Origin: a virus
Taxonomy: Duplodnaviria; Heunggongvirae; Uroviricota; Caudoviricetes
Length of the DNA stretch: 64,000 nucleotides
Reading direction: 5' to 3' (one strand)
IMG/VR virus record: IMGVR_UViG_3300029522_000074
Positions within the stretch are counted from its first letter, which is position 1, and each line of letters starts with the position of its first letter. The notes below the pieces were generated by a model, which searched no databases, had not been told where the DNA came from, and saw only the letters and a program-made list of their open reading frames with translations. Below are positions 20,514 to 28,054 of the stretch, in pieces. Position numbers and translations under genes: made by a program.

Positions 20514-21140
20514 CTACATTCGATTCATCACATCATAGAACCGAATTAAATACTCATATACATTTCTAGGAACTAATTCTTTTACCTTTTCAAATTCACT
20601 CTTTTCACATAAATCTCTAACCAAACTTGAAGAAGTATGATTTTCTGGTATCTGAATTTCTGTGAAGTGATCTTTATATTCCATAAGATTTGCTTCTCTT
20701 AAAGCAGTCTCAAGATTCTGACCTTCTCTCACACATGCTACAAAATTATATTCCTCAACAAACGGTTTCCAATTATACCAAGTTGTAAGTGTTTCAATAT
20801 TATCCATTCCTAAACAAATATAGTATTCGTTGAAGATATAATCTTTTTCATTCATATCTCTTATCTGAGTAATAGTATTGTATGTCCTCTGTGGAAAGAA
20901 GCTGGTTGTTTCAACTTCGGATGCCCACATATTATTTTCATCACAATTTGGCATTGAATTAATTAGCGATACTCGACAATATCCAGGTATCAAAGTCTTT
21001 TTCTTCGCAACATATGTATCATGTGCAGGAATAAACAATATAGCATCGGCATTAACCGCTTTTTTAGCAGTCAATGCCATATCAACATGGGCGTTGGTAA
21101 TTGGATTAAAACTTCCTGGTATAAGTAAAATTTTATTCAT
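20514..21140 (-). CDS. nadD: nicotinate/nicotinamide mononucleotide adenylyltransferase (NadD/NMNAT-like)
   Basis: Nucleotidyltransferase motif PGSFNPITNAHV (HxGH-type); adjacent to pncB and nadE. Confidence 0.6.
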   Translation of the reverse strand: MNKILLIPGSFNPITNAHVDMALTAKKAVNADAILFIPAHDTYVAKKKTLIPGYCRVSLINSMPNCDENNMWASEVETTSFFPQRTYNTITQIRDMNEKDYIFNEYYICLGMDNIETLTTWYNWKPFVEEYNFVACVREGQNLETALREANLMEYKDHFTEIQIPENHTSSSLVRDLCEKSEFEKVKELVPRNVYEYLIRFYDVMNRM

Positions 21141-22434
21141 GATCCATTCTCCAATTAATACATCTCTTTAGATAATCAACATAATCAGGGTTTTTACACA
21201 TGCCTTTGCCTTCTACATCAGACACTTTTGCAACATCCATACCATTACATTTAGTGGTTTTCATTACAATATTTAAAGCAGGAACATCTGTGTCATTACT
21301 CAAATAAGTACCAATTCCAAATGCAACGTTTACTCTATCATGGAAGTGTCTAAATAACTTATCAGCTCTTTCAAAATCAAGACTGTCACTAAACAGAAGT
21401 GTCTTTGTCTTAGGATTGATACCAAGTGACTCATAATGATTAATCATTTTTTCACCCCATTCAATCGGATCGCCACTATCATGTCTTACACCACTGAATA
21501 ATGTTGCATATGTCAACTGAAAATCTTTCAAGAAACAATCAGTTGTAATTGTATCTGTGAGCGCAATACCATTTAACACACCATACTCTCTAACCCATGC
21601 GTCTAGGGCATACCAGTTTGAATATGCTGGATTGTGCTTGTGATTACCCTGACCAGAACACATAATCCATTCATGAGCCATAGTTCCAACAGGTGTAAGG
21701 TTATATTTCTTTGCAAGATATACATTAGAAGTGCCAACAAACTTAGATGGACTATGCAATGTATCATTCAAATGTGAAAACTTCTCAACAACTAATTCCT
21801 GTGCTTCAGCAGAAAGTCTTCTTCTAAGACCAAATTCAGAAAATGTACCAGCATACCAATGACCGCTTCTGAGATTTTCATACTTTTCATCTAATCTCTT
21901 TTTGAAACTATTAAGTAATTCCTCATAGTTATATGCCATTCTGAAATATACTTCGTTTACAATCGCAAGTGTAGGAATCTCATACATAGATGTATTAAGC
22001 CATGTACCAAATGTTTCGATAGAAAGACCGCAATCTGAATCTGTTGTAATTTCAAAATCCTCATATCTTGGCTGCCATAATCTCAGAAAATCAACATACG
22101 AACCTTTCATCCATTTGATATTATCAATATAAGTAAGTTCATCTTCTGTGAATCTCAAACCACAATATAATTTAATCTGTCTGCGAATCTCTTCTACCAT
22201 TTCTGGTGTAAAATGAACATCCTTATTACGACACTTAAAACTCCAAGTGGTTTTATAATCACTAAACTGATGATAAATAGCCTGTCCCATTGACAATTTG
22301 TAAGCATCTGTCTCCAATAAACTTGTAATAATCTGTTTCATATTATTTTCCTTCTTTCTTGATTTGATTAAATATTGTTCTAATATCATATTCTCTGTTT
22401 TCGTACTCATAAAACAGATTAATATACTTATCAA
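21133..22434 (-). CDS. pncB: nicotinate phosphoribosyltransferase
   Basis: LLETDAYKLSMGQAIYHQF matches E. coli PncB LLDTDAYKLHMQQAVFHH; likely true start is the internal Met at about 22341 (about 402 aa). Confidence 0.8.
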   Translation of the reverse strand: MISILICFMSTKTENMILEQYLIKSRKKENNMKQIITSLLETDAYKLSMGQAIYHQFSDYKTTWSFKCRNKDVHFTPEMVEEIRRQIKLYCGLRFTEDELTYIDNIKWMKGSYVDFLRLWQPRYEDFEITTDSDCGLSIETFGTWLNTSMYEIPTLAIVNEVYFRMAYNYEELLNSFKKRLDEKYENLRSGHWYAGTFSEFGLRRRLSAEAQELVVEKFSHLNDTLHSPSKFVGTSNVYLAKKYNLTPVGTMAHEWIMCSGQGNHKHNPAYSNWYALDAWVREYGVLNGIALTDTITTDCFLKDFQLTYATLFSGVRHDSGDPIEWGEKMINHYESLGINPKTKTLLFSDSLDFERADKLFRHFHDRVNVAFGIGTYLSNDTDVPALNIVMKTTKCNGMDVAKVSDVEGKGMCKNPDYVDYLKRCINWRMDHE

Positions 22435-22909
22435 TAAAAGTTATGTCATTTGGATGCATTGCAATTGGCTTACTTTTCTTAGATTTCCACCATTTTAATT
22501 CCTTCTCAAAATTAAACGATTTACCATAATATGCTCTACCTGCTCCAAGATAATCACAAAACATTTCTTTTTTATACTTCGTTGGCATTTCAATAGGATT
22601 CCCACCATTATCAAAATTGTCCTGCCAATATTCGTAATGGTGCTTGTTTCTTCCTTTATGGTGCATCCAAGCTGCTGACCAACCATTCTCTTTCTTACAA
22701 GCATCTATTGGACTTGAAGTACCTTGATAATACTTAACACTCTCCCAAAATTCTGTTGGAGAAAATTTAGATAAATCATGTACTAACCCTTGAAATGGAA
22801 TTCCCACTTTACAGCAATAGTAGAACACCCAATGTTTATGCGTACAGACTTTCTTAAAATGTCTAAAAGTATTAATGATATAATTCTTATACTTCATTAT
22901 TCTCTCCAA
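22343..22909 (-). CDS. hypothetical His-rich protein, possible HD-type phosphohydrolase
   Basis: H...HDLSK...MHHKGRNKHH pattern loosely resembles an HD metal-binding signature; 188 aa inside the NAD cluster. Confidence 0.3.
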   Translation of the reverse strand: MERIMKYKNYIINTFRHFKKVCTHKHWVFYYCCKVGIPFQGLVHDLSKFSPTEFWESVKYYQGTSSPIDACKKENGWSAAWMHHKGRNKHHYEYWQDNFDNGGNPIEMPTKYKKEMFCDYLGAGRAYYGKSFNFEKELKWWKSKKSKPIAMHPNDITFIDKYINLFYEYENREYDIRTIFNQIKKEGK

Positions 22910-23411
22910 TCACTTCGATCTGACACATCTTCATAGTTGCTAATGCAGCCTTATGAGTATTAGGTGTGACACCCGCACAACAACTTGCGTCTACTGTAAT
23001 ATCAATTTCAGGATAATTTGCTCTAATAATAAGTGCATTTGAAACCACACAGATGTCGGTACATAATCCGCAAATCTCAACACTTTCAAATTTAAAATCA
23101 TCCCAATGAGTCCATCCAAAAGTAATTTTGTCAATCAGAATGTCATTATCAATATCAAAATCTAACTTATCTGAAATCTGCCAACCAACAGTATTCTTTA
23201 CACAGTGAATAACAGGAAGATGTACACCTTCATATGTCTCTAAATAATTCTCAGGGTGTGTGTCTCTTGTAAAGATTATCTGTTTACCAGCATCCTTGTA
23301 CTCCTTAATTTTCTTTGCTACATTTGATACAATCGCCTGTGCTTCCTTTGTACCAAGTGTTCCATCAATAAAATCATTCTGCATATCTACAACAATTAAT
23401 GTTTCTCTCAT
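22887..23411 (-). CDS. pncA: nicotinamidase (isochorismatase-family cysteine hydrolase)
   Basis: VVDMQNDF catalytic Asp, metal site TRDTHPENY...H, catalytic Cys in ICGLCTDICV. Confidence 0.8.
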   Translation of the reverse strand: MRETLIVVDMQNDFIDGTLGTKEAQAIVSNVAKKIKEYKDAGKQIIFTRDTHPENYLETYEGVHLPVIHCVKNTVGWQISDKLDFDIDNDILIDKITFGWTHWDDFKFESVEICGLCTDICVVSNALIIRANYPEIDITVDASCCAGVTPNTHKAALATMKMCQIEVIGENNEV

Positions 23412-23506
23412 TTTGCTACCTCTTTTCTTTTTTTATATGTATTTATTCTCTGAAACTCAGAAGAAATTCCGCTTTCCTGCGAACTTCATATTATGTTATT
23501 CTCTAT

Positions 23507-24856
23507 TTAATATTCCCAATCATCATTCCTAACTTGGAATACATCGCCACACTCTTCAATATCTGGATAATTATATGTGGCAACATTCATAGCATATTTA
23601 TCTATTTCGTATGCTTTATATGTAATATTTGTAAATCCCATTTTCTCCAAACAATACCTGCCAGTAGCAATACCATCATACAAACTTAGAACTTCAATAG
23701 GATAATCTCGTGGAACATTCTTCAATCCATGATTTAAAATGTGAATAATTACTTCTGCCGTCCATCCATTGCCAATTTGTTTATATCTCTGAGTAGCACT
23801 GTTTTTTGGTGCTGCTGTATAATTATCTGGTAATGTCTGTAGTCTTTCACATTCTAATGGTGTTAATTTACGGATAAGATAATATCCATCTTTTAGTTTT
23901 ATTGGGTATAATCCATCTTTATAGCCAATAAGACCGTCTTTAACAAGATAGATCATTTTCCCATCAACAGATAAATTTCCATTCTCATACCATTCAATCT
24001 TTTTATATTTGCTTAAATCAATTACTTCTATCTCTTCACACATAACATTGTATGGAACACCTTTATGCAGATTTGCCAATAGACACTGAGACTTGTCTTT
24101 GTTAGATACTTGAATATATCCAAAATCAAAATGATTTCTTCCACCTGCTACAGTTCTGACCATATATTCCATTTCTTTTTCACTGAGATGTTTAAAACTG
24201 TCTTCTGTAATGGAAATTGGTGTCATATACAAACCAGTTTTTGCACCTTGACCACCACCGTTACTTGTAAGATTTACACTTTTCCCATCTGAACTATATA
24301 CTCTATGAGCCTGAGCAGTTGTGTCTATATCACCAATACGAATAGGTTCATCACTTTCTGCAATATTAACAGGTGTAAAAGCTACTTGAGTATGATGTTT
24401 TTTTAAATAATCTCGTGCATTTCCTGCTTGATGTTTTAAACAATAGGCTTTCTCTTTATCAACAATTCCATATTCAAGTACGTCTTTTAAAAAGATATGT
24501 CGATCTTCTGGTTGTGGAACATTTGAAATATTTGTACAATAAATTCTCTTCCTCTGTTGTGCTGATACCAAAGCACTATTAATATGTAATAGTGGATAAC
24601 CCAATTCTTCACTAATCTGACTCTTTATTTCTTCCGCAGCGGATTCATTGTTTTCGTACAAAAAGATATCTGGTTTCCACCTTTCTTTCGCCACCACATA
24701 ATTTAAGAATAATTCCCATCCTTCTCCCTCTGCTTTTGTCTCACGATTTTTTCTTTGTGCAATAGACCAATGAGTGCATGGCGAACCACCTATTAACAAA
24801 CGTAATGGTTGTCCATTAAGTTCACAATAAGTATTTTTTTCTTTATTCTCTGTCAA
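23507..24856 (-). CDS. DNA cytosine-C5 methyltransferase with circularly permuted motif order (IV-VI-VIII-TRD-IX-X then I-II-III)
   Basis: GGSPCTHWSIAQ (PC motif IV), FLYENNE (ENV-like VI), QQRKRIY (VIII), RKLTPLECERLQTLPDNY and GNGWTAEVI (IX and X), then C-terminal SLYDGIATGRYCL (motif I FxGxG); probable TTG start. Confidence 0.65.
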   Translation of the reverse strand: MTENKEKNTYCELNGQPLRLLIGGSPCTHWSIAQRKNRETKAEGEGWELFLNYVVAKERWKPDIFLYENNESAAEEIKSQISEELGYPLLHINSALVSAQQRKRIYCTNISNVPQPEDRHIFLKDVLEYGIVDKEKAYCLKHQAGNARDYLKKHHTQVAFTPVNIAESDEPIRIGDIDTTAQAHRVYSSDGKSVNLTSNGGGQGAKTGLYMTPISITEDSFKHLSEKEMEYMVRTVAGGRNHFDFGYIQVSNKDKSQCLLANLHKGVPYNVMCEEIEVIDLSKYKKIEWYENGNLSVDGKMIYLVKDGLIGYKDGLYPIKLKDGYYLIRKLTPLECERLQTLPDNYTAAPKNSATQRYKQIGNGWTAEVIIHILNHGLKNVPRDYPIEVLSLYDGIATGRYCLEKMGFTNITYKAYEIDKYAMNVATYNYPDIEECGDVFQVRNDDWEY

Positions 24857-25007
24857 AATCCTTTAATCTACAGAGATTGCGCAATCATTTATCCTAGAAT
24901 TTACTGTTAAATCCTTTCTTCTTAATTATTTTGTTATAAAATCCTATGGACTTTGCACGTCTGCAAAAACCATAAAAAAAAAATATTTCTTGTTACTTTT
25001 ATTTGGA

Positions 25008-25052
25008 AAATTTGGCTGAATCGCCAAGATAGAAATTTCTATATTTGATTAT
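25008..25052. repeat. copy A of ~45-nt intergenic motif AAAATTTGGCTGA...TAGAAATTTCTATATTTGATTATT
   Basis: Near-identical second copy at 25409-25459; both lie between consecutive minus-strand genes. Confidence 0.5.
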
Positions 25053-25382
25053 TTACTCATAAATTGTTACTGTTTTTGCCTCTTTTTGTCTTACATGAAA
25101 TCCTTGAATTGGAATAATTTCATATGGTGCAATATCCATAACTTGTTTAATATTAGGAAATTCTGTTCCTCTAACCTGAACCCATCTGCCATGTCCTCTC
25201 ATTGCTTCTATTGTTGTCATACATCCGCTTAACTTATGAAAATATTCCTCTTCACATAGAAAATATTTTCTATCATAACTGCAACTTCCAACATCCTCAT
25301 AACTTTTCATAGTCACTACAACCATAGGGATATTATTATCCAAAACAACATCTCCTATTTGTGGAATATACTTTTTACTCAT
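25053..25382 (-). CDS. hypothetical protein
   Basis: 109 aa ORF with RBS GAGAGGTGA. Confidence 0.45.
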   Translation of the reverse strand: MSKKYIPQIGDVVLDNNIPMVVVTMKSYEDVGSCSYDRKYFLCEEEYFHKLSGCMTTIEAMRGHGRWVQVRGTEFPNIKQVMDIAPYEIIPIQGFHVRQKEAKTVTIYE

Positions 25383-25408
25383 TCATTTCACCTCTCTTAT
25401 TTATTAAT

Positions 25409-25459
25409 AGAAAAATTTGGCTGATCAGCCGTGAATAGAATTACTTCTATATTAGATTA
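25409..25459. repeat. copy B of ~45-nt intergenic motif; contains palindrome TTGGCTGATCAGCCAA
   Basis: 27-77 nt upstream of the start codon of gene 25053..25382; candidate promoter or operator. Confidence 0.5.
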
Positions 25460-25463
25460 TTCT

Positions 25464-25919
25464 CTACTTTTCAAATGGCTTATCCATGATACAATTATTA
25501 ACCATATCTCTAAATGCAAAAGGGGAATCAATTACTCTATCTGAATATTTGAAATGTTTTAGAAACTCAAGTACCTCATGTGCATCTCTATGTGATAATG
25601 GGATAAACTTCACATATTCAGGATGTCCTTTAATACACACAACTGCCCAAGAATGATCATCAGAATAAAAACCAATATCCGTTCCAACATCTATCATCGA
25701 GTTCATCATTTTGTGACAATCATCAATTAATTTATAAGAATTTTTATATGTAACGGTTGCGTCAGATAATTGAATATTGGCATATCTATATCTTTCCTCT
25801 GCATCTTTGCATTTTTCTATTGCATCTTTATATGATTTCTTGGCTGCTTCCACTTGAAACAAATCATCCTCCAATAACCAATGTCTTAATTTATCTCGTA
25901 TTTTGTCCTTTAATTTCAC
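25464..25919 (-). CDS. hypothetical protein
   Basis: 151 aa ORF. Confidence 0.4.
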   Translation of the reverse strand: MKLKDKIRDKLRHWLLEDDLFQVEAAKKSYKDAIEKCKDAEERYRYANIQLSDATVTYKNSYKLIDDCHKMMNSMIDVGTDIGFYSDDHSWAVVCIKGHPEYVKFIPLSHRDAHEVLEFLKHFKYSDRVIDSPFAFRDMVNNCIMDKPFEK

Positions 25920-25923
25920 TTTT

Positions 25924-26367
25924 TCACCTCTTACATACTAAAATCTCAACATCCGTATCCGCAAAAATGCTTTTAATCTGTTCTGAGACATCGTTCCAAT
26001 TCAGCCTATCTAAACCACAACCAATTACAGGCATTGCAATCTTTTTGATATTATTATCCAAACAAATCTGTTTCATCTTTTCAAGTGCAAATTTCATTGT
26101 GATAATTGTTGGCTTGTGAAAATATCTCTCTTTTGTAATAAGATTAAATACTCTACCCTCTAATAGACAGTCACCACCAATTTTCTTATGAGTATACTGG
26201 TTAATATAATCTGGATATTTTGTCTGTAATTTTCGTTTCATATCAAATCTTTTATTGAATTCAACTACAATTCCTTTACCCATTCCAAAATCTGCACTGA
26301 TACAATGTGCTAAATTGTAATCTTCTGAAACTGTAAACAAGTCTTTATTCTCTTCACTGTATGTCAT
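25924..26367 (-). CDS. macro domain protein (ADP-ribose binding or processing)
   Basis: LAHCISADFGMGKGI and IAMPVIGCGLDRLNW match macro-domain Gly-rich loops; 147 aa. Confidence 0.7.
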   Translation of the reverse strand: MTYSEENKDLFTVSEDYNLAHCISADFGMGKGIVVEFNKRFDMKRKLQTKYPDYINQYTHKKIGGDCLLEGRVFNLITKERYFHKPTIITMKFALEKMKQICLDNNIKKIAMPVIGCGLDRLNWNDVSEQIKSIFADTDVEILVCKR

Positions 26368-26377
26368 TTATTTCACC

Positions 26378-26920
26378 TCACTTATTCGTAATCATATCCA
26401 AAAACAACAACTCATCTTTCTTCAATGTAATATCATAATCTTTCCATTTTTCCATCAGTTCTCTTATATCAAATCCATGCTCTGCAATTACCGCATAGCC
26501 ATGAGGAGTTTTATGGCAGTCATTGTGAATACCTAATAATCCCAAATCTGTTCTAAATTGACCAAGTAATTCTTTGTCATCCACATCAAAATCAAACAGC
26601 CACTTACTCTCATCACGATTTTGTACCTGTAGTGCAACGGATGCCAATGTGCGATTAAGCTGTGTCACACTTGGCTTATCTCTCAACAGACGGATAATAA
26701 ATTCTTCTCTGATTTTCTCTTCATTCCTAGAATTAACTGATCTATATAATCTTGTCTGTTCACCAGGAACTCCTTTAGCTGCAAAATTCTTAAAAGCTTC
26801 AATTACTTTATCTTCGTTCTCTTTATATTCAAGGATTGTTTCGGCTCGCCCCTTAAAACTTGGAATATCCTTATTGTCTTTATTTCGAGAACGAATTAAA
26901 TATACATATAAGTTTGACAT
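26378..26920 (-). CDS. hypothetical protein
   Basis: 180 aa; co-directional with the macro-domain gene. Confidence 0.4.
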   Translation of the reverse strand: MSNLYVYLIRSRNKDNKDIPSFKGRAETILEYKENEDKVIEAFKNFAAKGVPGEQTRLYRSVNSRNEEKIREEFIIRLLRDKPSVTQLNRTLASVALQVQNRDESKWLFDFDVDDKELLGQFRTDLGLLGIHNDCHKTPHGYAVIAEHGFDIRELMEKWKDYDITLKKDELLFLDMITNK

Positions 26921-27584
26921 TGTATTATTCTCCTAAAATAAATTTCCTTGACTATCTACCATACCTTTGTAACCACACCATTTACATTTACAATGCATGG
27001 AAGCACCATCGAAACTTTCTAAAATATAATCTTTTTGATGACAATGCCATCCTATTTTGCAAAAGAACTTTTGTAATGGTTTAATATAATCTGCTAACAT
27101 GTATGTTACAAATAGCAAAATTAATAAAACTATTACAATTAAAATAACAACATATTTCATGTTTACCTCTTTACCTCACTTATCTTCTTTCCAATCAACC
27201 ATAATAAATGATAAAAATCCCAAACATGGCTCTATTAATAAAATTTTCCATAATTCAACTGGTTCAGGAAAAATAAAATTCATTAATAAATTTAATGTCA
27301 TAAGCCATATTAAAAATCTTATTGTAGATTTATACATGCTATTCTCCTCTTACTTATTCAAAACAATCAGAATGTTACTTAGATATAAAGCATAGAAGAC
27401 TAAATACCCACCACCTGCCAAGAATAATAATTTGAACACAAAGTTGACAACATTCTTTTTCGTCCATGTTATCCCAACAATAAGGTTAAAAAATTCCCAT
27501 AATTAATAAAATAATGTTTAAAATATTCATATTTCACCTCCAAAATTCCTGAAGAAATGTGCGTTTCTTTTTAATGTAAAATAT

Positions 27585-27632
27585 ACACCATATATAGTAT
27601 ATACTACTTATTTTTAATACTATATATGGTGT
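27585..27632. promoter_or_regulatory. perfect 15-bp inverted repeat ACACCATATATAGTA / TACTATATATGGTGT with 18-nt spacer (ATATATAG-palindrome family)
   Basis: Seen directly; third locus of the same motif architecture, upstream of the 27644 gene block. Confidence 0.5.
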
Positions 27633-27643
27633 ATTTGTAACGA

Positions 27644-28033
27644 TTACTCGCTTAACTCTGCAAGTGCCTTATCCAGATCCTCGTCAGACATGTTTTCAAG
27701 TGCTGCATCCTGTCTCTTAGCCTTGATTTCAAGCAATCTCTGTCTCATCTCTGCATTCTTCTTAGCGTCTTCTCTCTTCTTCTTTTCGTCAAGCTTCACA
27801 CCAACAATGTACTTAACAATTTCGATCTTATTAGAAATCTCTTCATCTTCCTTTGACTTAGTATTCAGAAGGCTTTCTTCCTCAGACCTTTTTACTTCTG
27901 CATTGAGTGTCTTAAATACTGAGTCCAGATTTGTGAGAGATAAATCCCACAAATCAATTACGTTAATCATTCCTCTGAATGGAAACTGATAGTTTGATCT
28001 TGTTGCATTGATAAATAATTCGTTGTTTGTCAT
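27644..28033 (-). CDS. hypothetical charged coiled-coil protein
   Basis: 129 aa, Lys/Glu-rich. Confidence 0.4.
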   Translation of the reverse strand: MTNNELFINATRSNYQFPFRGMINVIDLWDLSLTNLDSVFKTLNAEVKRSEEESLLNTKSKEDEEISNKIEIVKYIVGVKLDEKKKREDAKKNAEMRQRLLEIKAKRQDAALENMSDEDLDKALAELSE

Positions 28034-28054
28034 AATAATAATCTCCTTTTCTAA

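Noticed and set aside
22343-22909. Calling the His-rich 188-aa protein DatZ (HD dATPase of Z-genome phages)
   Set aside because: The H/HD/H pattern is suggestive but loose, and the gene sits inside the NAD salvage cluster rather than next to the AdSS-like gene. The function is left open.
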